Source: a virus (Duplodnaviria > Caudoviricetes). Taken from it: a stretch of 63,684 nucleotides of DNA. The position numbers and the translations under genes were made by a program. Shown in pieces: positions 39,400-49,700 of the stretch. The stretch spans positions 1 to 63,684 of IMG/VR virus record IMGVR_UViG_3300017754_001974, one strand, 5' to 3'. The number at the start of each line of letters is the position of its first letter. Position 1 is the stretch's first letter. The notes under the pieces are model-generated. The model ran no database searches, was not told where the DNA came from, and was given only the letters and a program-made list of their open reading frames with translations.

Positions 39400-40974
39400 A
39401 TGTACACACCTTATAATATTTTCAGCCCAGAATTAAAAAAGTATCAAAATACTGGTGCAGTAACTGGACCCGTTCTACAAGTAGGTACAGTCTATGTTAA
39501 AGACGGTAAAACTTATAGAATTGTTGCATTAAGAAGTCAAACTGATTTTGATGTAGAAGATATAACAGATAAAACAAATGTCGCAGTAGATAAAAGTTCA
39601 GTTAAAAAATATAAAGATCGTGGTATTAGTATAGATTTTGGTAATGTTGGTGAAGATAGATATGTTAATCAGCAACCAGCTGAAAGTGGGGCTCCAGGTA
39701 GACATGGTGATGCCACTAAAAACGAACAAGGGTGGAAAGACACTTGGAAAGATGTATATCCAGAATATGATAAATTAATTAACTCATTACCTAGATATGC
39801 AACTGGTATACCAAATCCTGAAGTTAGAAAATTTCAGAAATGGGTAAATGAAACTTATATACCAAATAATATTAAAATAATTAATGAACAAAGAGTAAAA
39901 TCAGGTTATAAACCATTAAGTACAGATGAAAGTAAAGCTCTTGAAAATGATTTAATAGCTGATTATGGTTTTAATCCATCTAAAAAAGGAAAAGCATATG
40001 ATGGATTATGGGGAACCTTTACATCATCTAGAAGACCTTTAAATTATAGTATTGACCCTATGGATATGTCAGTAGATGAAGATGAAAAAGATACAAATAC
40101 TGGTAAAGAAATTATACCTAATAAACCAGGTACTTTTGGAAAAATACCTGAAGTAGGTGCATTTCCACAAGATAGAAATAATCTTATTGGAGCATTAACA
40201 GATTGGACAGGAATAAAAAAATATCCACCTTACATGCGAACAGCAACCTTAGCACATTATGATCCTACATTTAAAGATCCCTCTGCTATTAATGCGCTAA
40301 TTATGGGACAAGCTAATATGGGTACTCAAGGATTAAATGCTTATTCTAATCCTCAAGCCTATTTAGCTGGTTATAGTAAAATAAATGCTGACGCTACAGA
40401 AAGGGCTGTAGCTAATATGTCAGCAATTAATAATGATAATGTTACTATAGCTAATGATGCTGCTAAATATAATGCTGAAGTAGATAGTAAACAAGCATTA
40501 TATGATGCACAAAAAACTGGTAACTACTATGATCAAACAGTTATGGCAAATCAACAGCATGATAATGCTAAGAGAGATGCCAAAAATAAAACAATTGCTG
40601 CAATGAATGCTCTTAGAACTCATAGAGCTTATGCTAATACTTTAAATTATATGCATCCATATGAATACTATTTAGATCCAAGTGATGGAGGTAGTATTAG
40701 ATTAAATCAAGATAATCTACCAAAAAGTTATGATGAAACATATAAGGCAGATGCTCAAAGAAGAGAAGAGCAAATGACTAATTTTTTAGGTGGTAAATGG
40801 GGAAAATTACCTGATGAAACTAAATGGAATATCTATGATAGATTATATCCATCGGAAACTTCACCTGTAAATTATAGAAAACAAAAAAGTCAACCTTCTA
40901 ATGAAAGAGATTTGCAAGCATATTATCAAATGATGCAACAAATGGGTTTAGGTTATGATCCATACGGAGGATAA
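39400..40974 (+). CDS. Putative cargo/ejection protein
   Basis: 524 aa; split PG-binding-like motif (VRKFQKW...DGLWGTFT); N/Q/A-rich helical C-terminal half. Confidence 0.6.
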   Translation: MYTPYNIFSPELKKYQNTGAVTGPVLQVGTVYVKDGKTYRIVALRSQTDFDVEDITDKTNVAVDKSSVKKYKDRGISIDFGNVGEDRYVNQQPAESGAPGRHGDATKNEQGWKDTWKDVYPEYDKLINSLPRYATGIPNPEVRKFQKWVNETYIPNNIKIINEQRVKSGYKPLSTDESKALENDLIADYGFNPSKKGKAYDGLWGTFTSSRRPLNYSIDPMDMSVDEDEKDTNTGKEIIPNKPGTFGKIPEVGAFPQDRNNLIGALTDWTGIKKYPPYMRTATLAHYDPTFKDPSAINALIMGQANMGTQGLNAYSNPQAYLAGYSKINADATERAVANMSAINNDNVTIANDAAKYNAEVDSKQALYDAQKTGNYYDQTVMANQQHDNAKRDAKNKTIAAMNALRTHRAYANTLNYMHPYEYYLDPSDGGSIRLNQDNLPKSYDETYKADAQRREEQMTNFLGGKWGKLPDETKWNIYDRLYPSETSPVNYRKQKSQPSNERDLQAYYQMMQQMGLGYDPYGG

Positions 40975-41030
40975 ACTAATTGAATAAACTTTATAAGTTT
41001 AATAAACTTTATATATTTTTGTATATATTA
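40972..41030. promoter_or_regulatory. Operator-like inverted repeats and promoter of the giant-protein operon
   Basis: TAAACTT(40985)-TAT-AAGTTTA(40995)-A-TAAACTT(41003), an extra TAAACT at 40972, then TATTTTTG (TAnnTTTG, 41014-41021) and TATATTA. Confidence 0.55.
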
Positions 41031-41034
41031 TACT

Positions 41035-43797
41035 ATGGCTACATACTTACAAGGGGTCACGGATGTGATTCAACCGTTTCAACCATTCACTCCTAATTTT
41101 GACTTTTATAATCAAGCTTTACAATTAAAGCATGAGCAATATCAGCAAGGGTATAAGCAACTAAGTGGATTATATTCTACAATATTAAATTCTCCTTTAA
41201 CTAGAGATGAGAATATAAGTAGGAGAGATCAATTTTTTAAAGATACTGATAAAGAAATTAAAAAGATTTCTGGTGTAGATTTATCATTACCTCAAAACGT
41301 ACAAGCAGCATCTCAGATATTTAAACCATTTTATCAGGATAAACCAATGATGGTTGATATGGTTGTGACTAAATCAATTGATGATTCAAGGCAAGCACAT
41401 GAGATACTTAAAAATTGTGTTGGTAAAGATTGTGAAAAATTTGGTGCTTGGGATGAAGGTTTAAAAGCAGTAGAATATAGAAGAGAAGAATTTAAAAAAA
41501 CAGGTACAGATGAATCATTGACTTTTGGTAAAGTATCTTATACACCAAGAGTTAAATATGCTGAAGATGTATTAAAATTTTTAAAAGATCAAAAATTTAA
41601 AATTACAAGAGAAGAACATACAGGAAGATATGATATAACATATGAAAATGGTGATCTGTTAGAAAAGCCATTATATAATATGATTAAAACATTATATCAA
41701 GATGATAGTAATGTAACAGCAATGTATGATACTAAAGCTTATGTTGCTAGAAAAGATTATGCTAGATCTAATGCTCCTATGTTTAATGGTTCAGAAGAGG
41801 AAGCAGAAAAACAATATTTAAATGATAAAGCAGATGTTATATCTAAATCATTAGATGGTCAATTATCTGAAATGGATTTAGAATTAAATTCATCTAAGGC
41901 TAAATTAAATTTACTAGAAACTAAGATTAAAAATAAAGGCATCTCAATGAACAGTAAAGATGCTCAACAATATAGATACTTAAGTCAATTAGTTCCTATA
42001 TTAGAAAAAGGAAGAAGTGGACTAGTAAGAAACAAAGAATATTTTAGTGATCTAGGTTCTGTTGATATTAAAACACTTAGAGGTAGAATAGATGGTCTTG
42101 TAGCAAATGAATATTTTGATAATGATGTTAAAGATATTGCTCATGATTATTCACAAGCAACAAGTTCAATTACATCTAAAGCAAATCCTTTTGCAGTAGC
42201 AGAATTTACTTCAGCACTTTCTTTACATAATTTAAAAGAAATGGCAAAAATGAATTTCGAGATGGATATTGCTAAAATGGATTATAAAGATGCATTAGAA
42301 AGAAAACAGCTTGCTGAAACAATGGGTGCGGGTGAAGAACTTAATGTTACTACAACTGCTCCTGGTGAGGATAATATGAGCAAAGAAGATTTATATACTA
42401 CAAATACTAGAACTATAAATGAAGAAGTTAATGGTTATATGGGTGGTATGCGTGATGTATTAACAGATGTATATACACATTTATATAATGCATCTAAAGA
42501 TGATACTGATCAAGGTAAAATTGCTAAAAAAGATTTTGCTAGATTATTTCCAGGAGCTAAACCAGAAGATGATACTTTTGGAGAATATTTTACTAATATT
42601 AAAGGTTATAAAACATATGAAAGTAAATATACTGAAGCATTAAAAATTATAAAAGGAAATGATCTATATAAAGGTTTAGTTTCTAATAAATCTGGTGTAA
42701 TAAGTAATGTATCCAGGAAAAAAATGGTTGTTGATGCTATCGGTAAATTACAAACTGAGAATGGTAGGAAAATTAAAAGCTCAATGGAAAATGATATAGA
42801 TTCTGATTTAGATTCAGACTATATTCCATATGTAAAAGATTTTTTTACAAATCAAAATGGTATTGTACCTAAAGCTCAATTTCAAGCTAAATTAGTACAA
42901 AATGGAATGGATGCTGATGATGCTGGTGAAATCTATGATGAAATGACTGAAGAATATATTAGACAATATTCTGATGGTACAAGAGATGAAAATTATAGAG
43001 TAAGACCATTTTATGGTGAAGTTGTTACAGAACAAGGTGGTGGAGTTGTTGGTATAAAACCAGTATATCTTGATGCTAATCCATTAAAGAAGCTTAGTCA
43101 AAATTATGCTGCTGCACAAACTATTATAAGTGATATTCAAAATTCAGGATATGATTTAAAAGAAGGTTCTATAGCAACACGTGATATGGTTCAACAATTT
43201 ATTAGAGATTTTTCTAAGAGTTATGATCCTAAAAAAGAAAATGCTAAAATGCCTTTAGCTACATTTAAGTATGAAGGTATTTCTGATAGAGATGGTTATG
43301 CTAAAGTTACAATTACTCCAGATAAACAATGGCTAGAAGATAATATTGTTGGAGCTAAGAAAGAAACAGAAGCTGCAGATTTTGAAAAATTAACTAAAGG
43401 ATTTGAATTATATATTCCAAAAGATAAAGCTAACAACGTATTAGAATCACGTAATAAAAGTTATACAGATCTTATATTTGAAACTAATAATAATAAAATA
43501 CAAATAGGAGAAGTTGATGATGCAGCAGGATATGCAACTATAACTAGAGATCCTGATACTAAATCATTTTCTGTATTTCAAAAAAATCCTAGATGGGATC
43601 CAAATACTCTTCAACAAGCTGATGTACCTTTTGAATATTCAACTAATTCTGTATACAATATGAATTCTGATAAAATCTTTAATGAAATAGAAGCAAGAGT
43701 TGAAGCATCTAAAGCTTTAGTAGAAAAAATTAATGAAAGATTAGAAGGTTTGAAAATCAAAACTAATAATCCTCAAGAGGTATTAAACGGTCAATAA
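41035..43797 (+). CDS. Ejection/cargo protein preceding the giant proteins
   Basis: 920 aa; N-terminal QPFQPFTPNFDF...L..K.EQY resembles crAss ejection proteins; mostly helical. Confidence 0.65.
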   Translation: MATYLQGVTDVIQPFQPFTPNFDFYNQALQLKHEQYQQGYKQLSGLYSTILNSPLTRDENISRRDQFFKDTDKEIKKISGVDLSLPQNVQAASQIFKPFYQDKPMMVDMVVTKSIDDSRQAHEILKNCVGKDCEKFGAWDEGLKAVEYRREEFKKTGTDESLTFGKVSYTPRVKYAEDVLKFLKDQKFKITREEHTGRYDITYENGDLLEKPLYNMIKTLYQDDSNVTAMYDTKAYVARKDYARSNAPMFNGSEEEAEKQYLNDKADVISKSLDGQLSEMDLELNSSKAKLNLLETKIKNKGISMNSKDAQQYRYLSQLVPILEKGRSGLVRNKEYFSDLGSVDIKTLRGRIDGLVANEYFDNDVKDIAHDYSQATSSITSKANPFAVAEFTSALSLHNLKEMAKMNFEMDIAKMDYKDALERKQLAETMGAGEELNVTTTAPGEDNMSKEDLYTTNTRTINEEVNGYMGGMRDVLTDVYTHLYNASKDDTDQGKIAKKDFARLFPGAKPEDDTFGEYFTNIKGYKTYESKYTEALKIIKGNDLYKGLVSNKSGVISNVSRKKMVVDAIGKLQTENGRKIKSSMENDIDSDLDSDYIPYVKDFFTNQNGIVPKAQFQAKLVQNGMDADDAGEIYDEMTEEYIRQYSDGTRDENYRVRPFYGEVVTEQGGGVVGIKPVYLDANPLKKLSQNYAAAQTIISDIQNSGYDLKEGSIATRDMVQQFIRDFSKSYDPKKENAKMPLATFKYEGISDRDGYAKVTITPDKQWLEDNIVGAKKETEAADFEKLTKGFELYIPKDKANNVLESRNKSYTDLIFETNNNKIQIGEVDDAAGYATITRDPDTKSFSVFQKNPRWDPNTLQQADVPFEYSTNSVYNMNSDKIFNEIEARVEASKALVEKINERLEGLKIKTNNPQEVLNGQ

Positions 43798-43799
43798 TA

Positions 43800-46700
43800 A
43801 TGGAAGATATCTTTAAAGATTCAAATACAGTTATTACTCCAGCATTAGATGAATTTTATTCTAATTCTTTTTTAATAAAAGGGAATCCAGCTAATGAAAA
43901 TGTATTACCAGCACCACAAGTAGGTGGTGCTAATGATGATAAATCTGATATTAAAAGTTTAATTAATAAACTTAATAATGTTTCAGACATATCTGCAAAT
44001 AAGATATCTAATATACAAGCCAATTATACAGACCCTTTAGCAGATGCTAAAATGTTTACATTTAATCCAACTTATAAAGGATTAAATTGGGATAGATATA
44101 AAAATCATTCTGATTTTGATAAATTAGGATTTGATCCATTTAGAGATAATGAAAAATTTTATAATGATAATAGTTCTATTTTTTCAGATGTTACAAGAGC
44201 AGCTAAAGGTTTTGGTTATTTAGCATTAGGAACAGGATGGGAAAGTGCAAAAGATTTATATAAACTAGTAACATTTGACTTTTCTCCTAATACAGAAGGA
44301 GCTAAAAATTCAGAAAGAATTTTATCTGAATCAATGTCTACTAGAGGAACGTTTGGTTCAAGTGTAATTAATTTTGGAGTAAACGCAGGTTTTACTGTAG
44401 GTATTATAGGTGAATTAATTGCAGAAGAAATGTTACTTGCTGCAGTTGGTCTTGGTGGATCTTTTGAAACTGGTGGTGCTTCATTAGGAGCAGCTGGTTA
44501 TCTTGCTGCTGTTAGAGCTAATTTGGCTGTCAGTAAAATTGCCAGTATTCCAAAAACAACAGGAGCACTACTCAAAACTTTAAAAAATTTAGATAATGCT
44601 GTTGAAGCAAAAAAGTACTTTACACAATTTGGAAGAGGAGCTGCTGAATTCTTAAATCCATTACAATCTACAACAGATCTTGTAAGAAATTGGGATAAAC
44701 TAAATGGATTAGGGCAAGTAGCTAGAGCTTCTCAAAGTTTTGGTGCTTTCTTTAAAGATATAAGAAATATTAATAGGTCTTTTTCTGAAGCTAAACTTGA
44801 AGGTGGTTTTGTTCAAAACACAATGTTTGAAAAACTTTTAGGAGAAGCATATGCTGATGGTAAAACACCATCACCAGAAGAAATAGATAAAATTAAAGAA
44901 ATTTCATTACATGCTGGGTACATGACTGAATTAATAAACTTCCCAGTAATTCAGTATACTAACAATATTACATTTGGAGCATTAACAAGACCACTTAGAA
45001 GACTAATTGGAACTACAGAAGATTCAATTAGAATGTTAAATAAAACTATAACTACAGATATAACTAGAAAAGAAGTATTTCAAGAATTAGCAGGAGGTTG
45101 GAAAGAAGCTTTTAAAAGAGGTATTAATCCTAGATTAATGGCTAAGAATACTCTTAATTATTTTTCAGCTAATATAGCAGAAGGTTTACAAGAGTCTTTT
45201 CAGGAAGCAACATCAATTGCTATGGAAGATTACTATACTAAGTTGTATAATAATCAAAACAGTATAGTACAAGCTCATCAAGAATTAAGTATGCTTGATA
45301 GTTATGGTAAAGGTATTGGTGCTCAATTTAGTGGTCAAGGTGCTGAAACATTCTTAAGTGGTTTCCTTATGGGAGGACTAATGCATAAAAGTGTTAGTGG
45401 AGTTAAAGGAGTAATTACAGGAATAAATGAAAGCTCTAATGCCATAAAAGATTTGTTTTATTCTAAAACTAATCCAGAATCATTCAAGGAAGCTAAAGAA
45501 GCAAGAGAAATAAAAAAAGCAGAAAAGGAAGCTACGATTAAAAAGTATGATGAGTATAGAAATAATTTTATTGAAAGTCAAAATGCTTTTTTTAAAGATG
45601 CTGGTAAAATGTTTTCTCGTGATATAGCACACATGTCAGCTCAAGAAATTATTGATGCTAAAGCTAAACATGCACAAGAAACTGGCGATTATAAATTTCT
45701 AATTGATCAAACAGATGCATCTTTATTTGAAAATGTAGCTAATGCTCAATACTTTGGTAAGTTTGATTTATATATAGAACATCTAGAAAAAATTAAATCA
45801 TTAGATGATCAAGGTTTAATGGAAGCAATGGGTATTGATGATGCTCAAGCTGGTAGACAAAGACTTGAAGTTTCTATTGATAGAGCAAAGAATATTAAAC
45901 AGAGACTTGAAAAAGCTCCTAAAAATCCATTTAATTATAACGATTATAAAGAAGGAACACCTGAATACAATGAAATGATTTTTATGCATAATGCATTTGA
46001 AGATGCAAGAAATGCAGCAGTATTTACTCCATATCATTTTGATAGAGTATTATCAAGAATGAATTCAATTTCAAAAGATTTTTCTGCTATTGATTTAGTT
46101 GCTAATGGAAATGCTACCGAATTCTTACATTTATTTGGAGAAAAAAATATAGCTGAAGAAGTAGCTATTTTATTTCAAGAGAAAGAATCATTAAAAGATG
46201 GGACACCAGAAAATGAAAAACTAGCTAAGGAAAAAGATAAACAAATTGCTGGATTAATTGGAGTACGAAATGCTATAATTGCACATAAAGGATATTTCAA
46301 AGCACTAAAAGAAAATGAAGAAGTAGATCCACAATATGAAAAAAATCTTAAGAAAGCATTTGTACAGTATTTAAGTGCTTATGCAAATATTAAAAAGAGT
46401 ATATTAAAATCTGATAAACTTGATGCAGCATTTAAACTATTTCATGATTTTCATAGATTAAATATTGATTCAGAATTACTTAGTAAAAGTGTTGCTATAG
46501 TAGCAGATCCAGATTTCTTAAGACAAGAATCTTTGAGAAGATATAACGCTATCAAAAAGCTATATGATAATAAAAAAGAATTAATTAAAAAGAAATGGGA
46601 TGTATACTTTAGAAAGATTGGTCTAAATGGTGTATTCCAAAAATTATATGATGCTGGGTTTGCTGGTGATCCAGAACAAATGGTTGCATATAATTTATCA

Positions 46701-49700
46701 GGAGGAAAAGCACCAGTAACAAAATTTTATAGAACTAAAGATTTTAGTTTAGTAACATTTGCTGATGTAGAAGATATTGCAAAGATTAATGAGATATTTA
46801 GTGATTATGAAGATATAACTGGTATAACTAAAGAGAAAGAGGAAGCTGCTAAAAAAGCCGCTGAAGCTGCTGCTAAAAAAGCAGAAGAAGAAGCAGAAGC
46901 TGCTAGAGTAGCTGAGAAAGCAAAAGCTGTTGAAAATTTTACACCAGAAACTAAAGCTAAATTAGTAGCAGCTTATGATAAGTATGAAAGAAAAGATATT
47001 GAAACATTTGAAGAATATATAGAATCAGCTCCTGAAGCTAAACGTATAATTGCAGAAGAAAAACAACCTACTCCTGTAGTACCTACTCCTGCACCTATAG
47101 TTCCACTACCACCTACTACACCTATTTCTGATATAGAAGCTAAAAGACAAAAAGAATTAGAAGAAACTATAACAGATGAAGATGATTTATTAATGTTAGA
47201 ATCTTATAAAAATGATGGTAATGCTGCTAGAATAAGTAAAGAAGTAAAAAGAATGGCCAGCAAAACAAAAAAAGGTTCTAAATTAATTGAAATACATAGA
47301 GCAGAAGATGATGTAGATGATTTAAACAAACCTTTACATGAAAGAGTAAATGCTGGTTTATTTTTACAAGGTAAATCACCAATGCATACAGATGCTCATT
47401 TTACAGATGTTTTAAGAAATATTACATCTTTAATAAAAGATATTGAAAATGGAAGAACTCATCTTTTAGAAAAAGAAAAAAGTTTATATAGTGAAATTAT
47501 AAAACAATTAAAAAAAGGAAATGCACAAGATATTGCACTTGCTAATAAATTAGAAGCAATACAAAGTGTAACAACTCCTTTAAAAGGAGATTCTTATGGT
47601 ATTTATAACGGTGAAAAAATAATTGGTAAAACTGAAAAAGAAATAATTAATGAAATCAATGCTAAATACCAAGCAGAACTAGATTCTTTAAAGAAAAAAG
47701 AAACACCACAAACTAAAGTACAACCTTCTACAATAGAAGGTCAAGTAGGTACTTCTAATTATACTGTAGAAGAAGGATTAATCTTTTATGAAAATGAAGA
47801 TGGATCTAGAAGACCAGTAGCTAATCCTGATAGTAGACCTATTTTAGATGTTATTAAATCTGATATAGAAAATAGAAGAAATGAAGAGTTAACAAAATAT
47901 GATGAAGGAAAATTAACTAATACTGAAATAAAAGTTAATAATTATAAAGCTTATTTACATTCAACCCCAACAAATGTTATTTTAAAAATAGGAGATAGAT
48001 ATGGGGAAATGATTTCTGAAGGTTCTGGTATTTATGGGTATAATCTTGAAAAACTTATAAATGCAGAAACAGGGAATACTATAGAGCAACATCATAATGG
48101 AAGAGATGTAATACAATCTAAATATGATGAAGAACTAGATGCTTTAGAAGGTACTCAAACTACAGATAGTAAAGCTGATGTAGAAAAAACAGTACTAGGT
48201 TCATTTGCAAATACCACTGAAAGGGTTGTAAATAGTAAAGGACCTAGTAACGGTAGAACTTTAAGAACAGAGTTAACAAGTAAAATTAGTTCTGATGGTG
48301 AAGTAATAGTTTTTAAATCTAAAAATACATTTACTGATAATGAAGATTCTGTAATAAGCGCTCCAGCATCGATGAGTATTGAAGAGTTTAAAGAACATTT
48401 TTATCCCATGCTTACTGCTGATGAAATAGAAATGTTTGAAGAAACATTAGAAGTTTATAAAGAAGATGGGTGGAATGGAAGAATATTTTTTAAAGAATTA
48501 AGAGTTGGTTCATCAAAAGCTACTAATTTAAAAGGTCAGGTTAATCTTGATATAATGATAGGTATGGGTAATGACTATGGATTTACTCTTACCAAAAGAT
48601 TAACTGACGCAGAGTTAGATGCTTTACAAGGTAGTATTACAAAAACAGATACTGAAGGTAGTTTATTTGATAAATTTGAAGAAGACTATGGAAAAGATTA
48701 TGCTGATGCAATTGAGTATGCAACTAGTTATTTAGCTAAAGAAACAATAAATGTAGATAAATTTCTAGAGTATTTAAAAAAATGGGATTTAACAAATGAA
48801 GGTAAAATTGGAGCAATTGAATCAGCAATTAGTACATTTAATAAATATAATTTAACAGATAAAGAAAATGCATTAAAGAAATTAAATGCAGAACTAACTA
48901 CTTTAAAATCTGGACAACCTAAAGAAGAACCTAAAGTAAAAGAACCATTTCCTTTATCTCCACAGTTTGAAGGTAAGATAATTTACTTCTCTCCAGGTTT
49001 AGGTAAAACTACATTAGTAAATCAGTATCCAGATCAATTTGTAGATATGGATGTGTTACTATATGAAGAATTTAAAGATGAACCAGGATTTGAAAATGCA
49101 ACACCAGAAACTTTTGGTTCAACTATTTCTGCAATCTATAAAAGAATAAAAAATGATCAACCATCTTTTGATGCATTTGATGCAATTAAAAATACACATT
49201 ATAACAATGCATTTAAAAAAGCTAAAACCTTAGCTAGTCAAGGTAAAACTGTATTGACTGGTTCTGGTGCATTTATTTCTAGGGCTGATTTTAGTGTAAA
49301 GGCTACTAATGAGAAGATATCAAAAGAACAATTAAAAAATAAAACACCTGGTATTGATCCAACAGATCTATCAGAAGCTATGAGTGGTATTAGAAGAAAT
49401 GAGAATAGAAATAATATTCTTATGTCAGTTGATAAGGACTCATTTACCCAATTCTTAATGGGTAACTATGATATTCTTCAATACATTAATGATAATATAA
49501 CTTTTGAACAACTTGATGAATTAGGTAATTTTATTACTAGTGATATGCCTGAAGTAGTTGAAGCATTTAATAAAAAAATGGAATATTTACAAGCAAAGAT
49601 TTTATTATTTACTAACTTGCAGCCAGGTGATACTGTTATAGTATTAAATGAAAAAACAGGAGAAAATGTTAAAACTAAAATTATGAAAAAAAGAAGTCCT

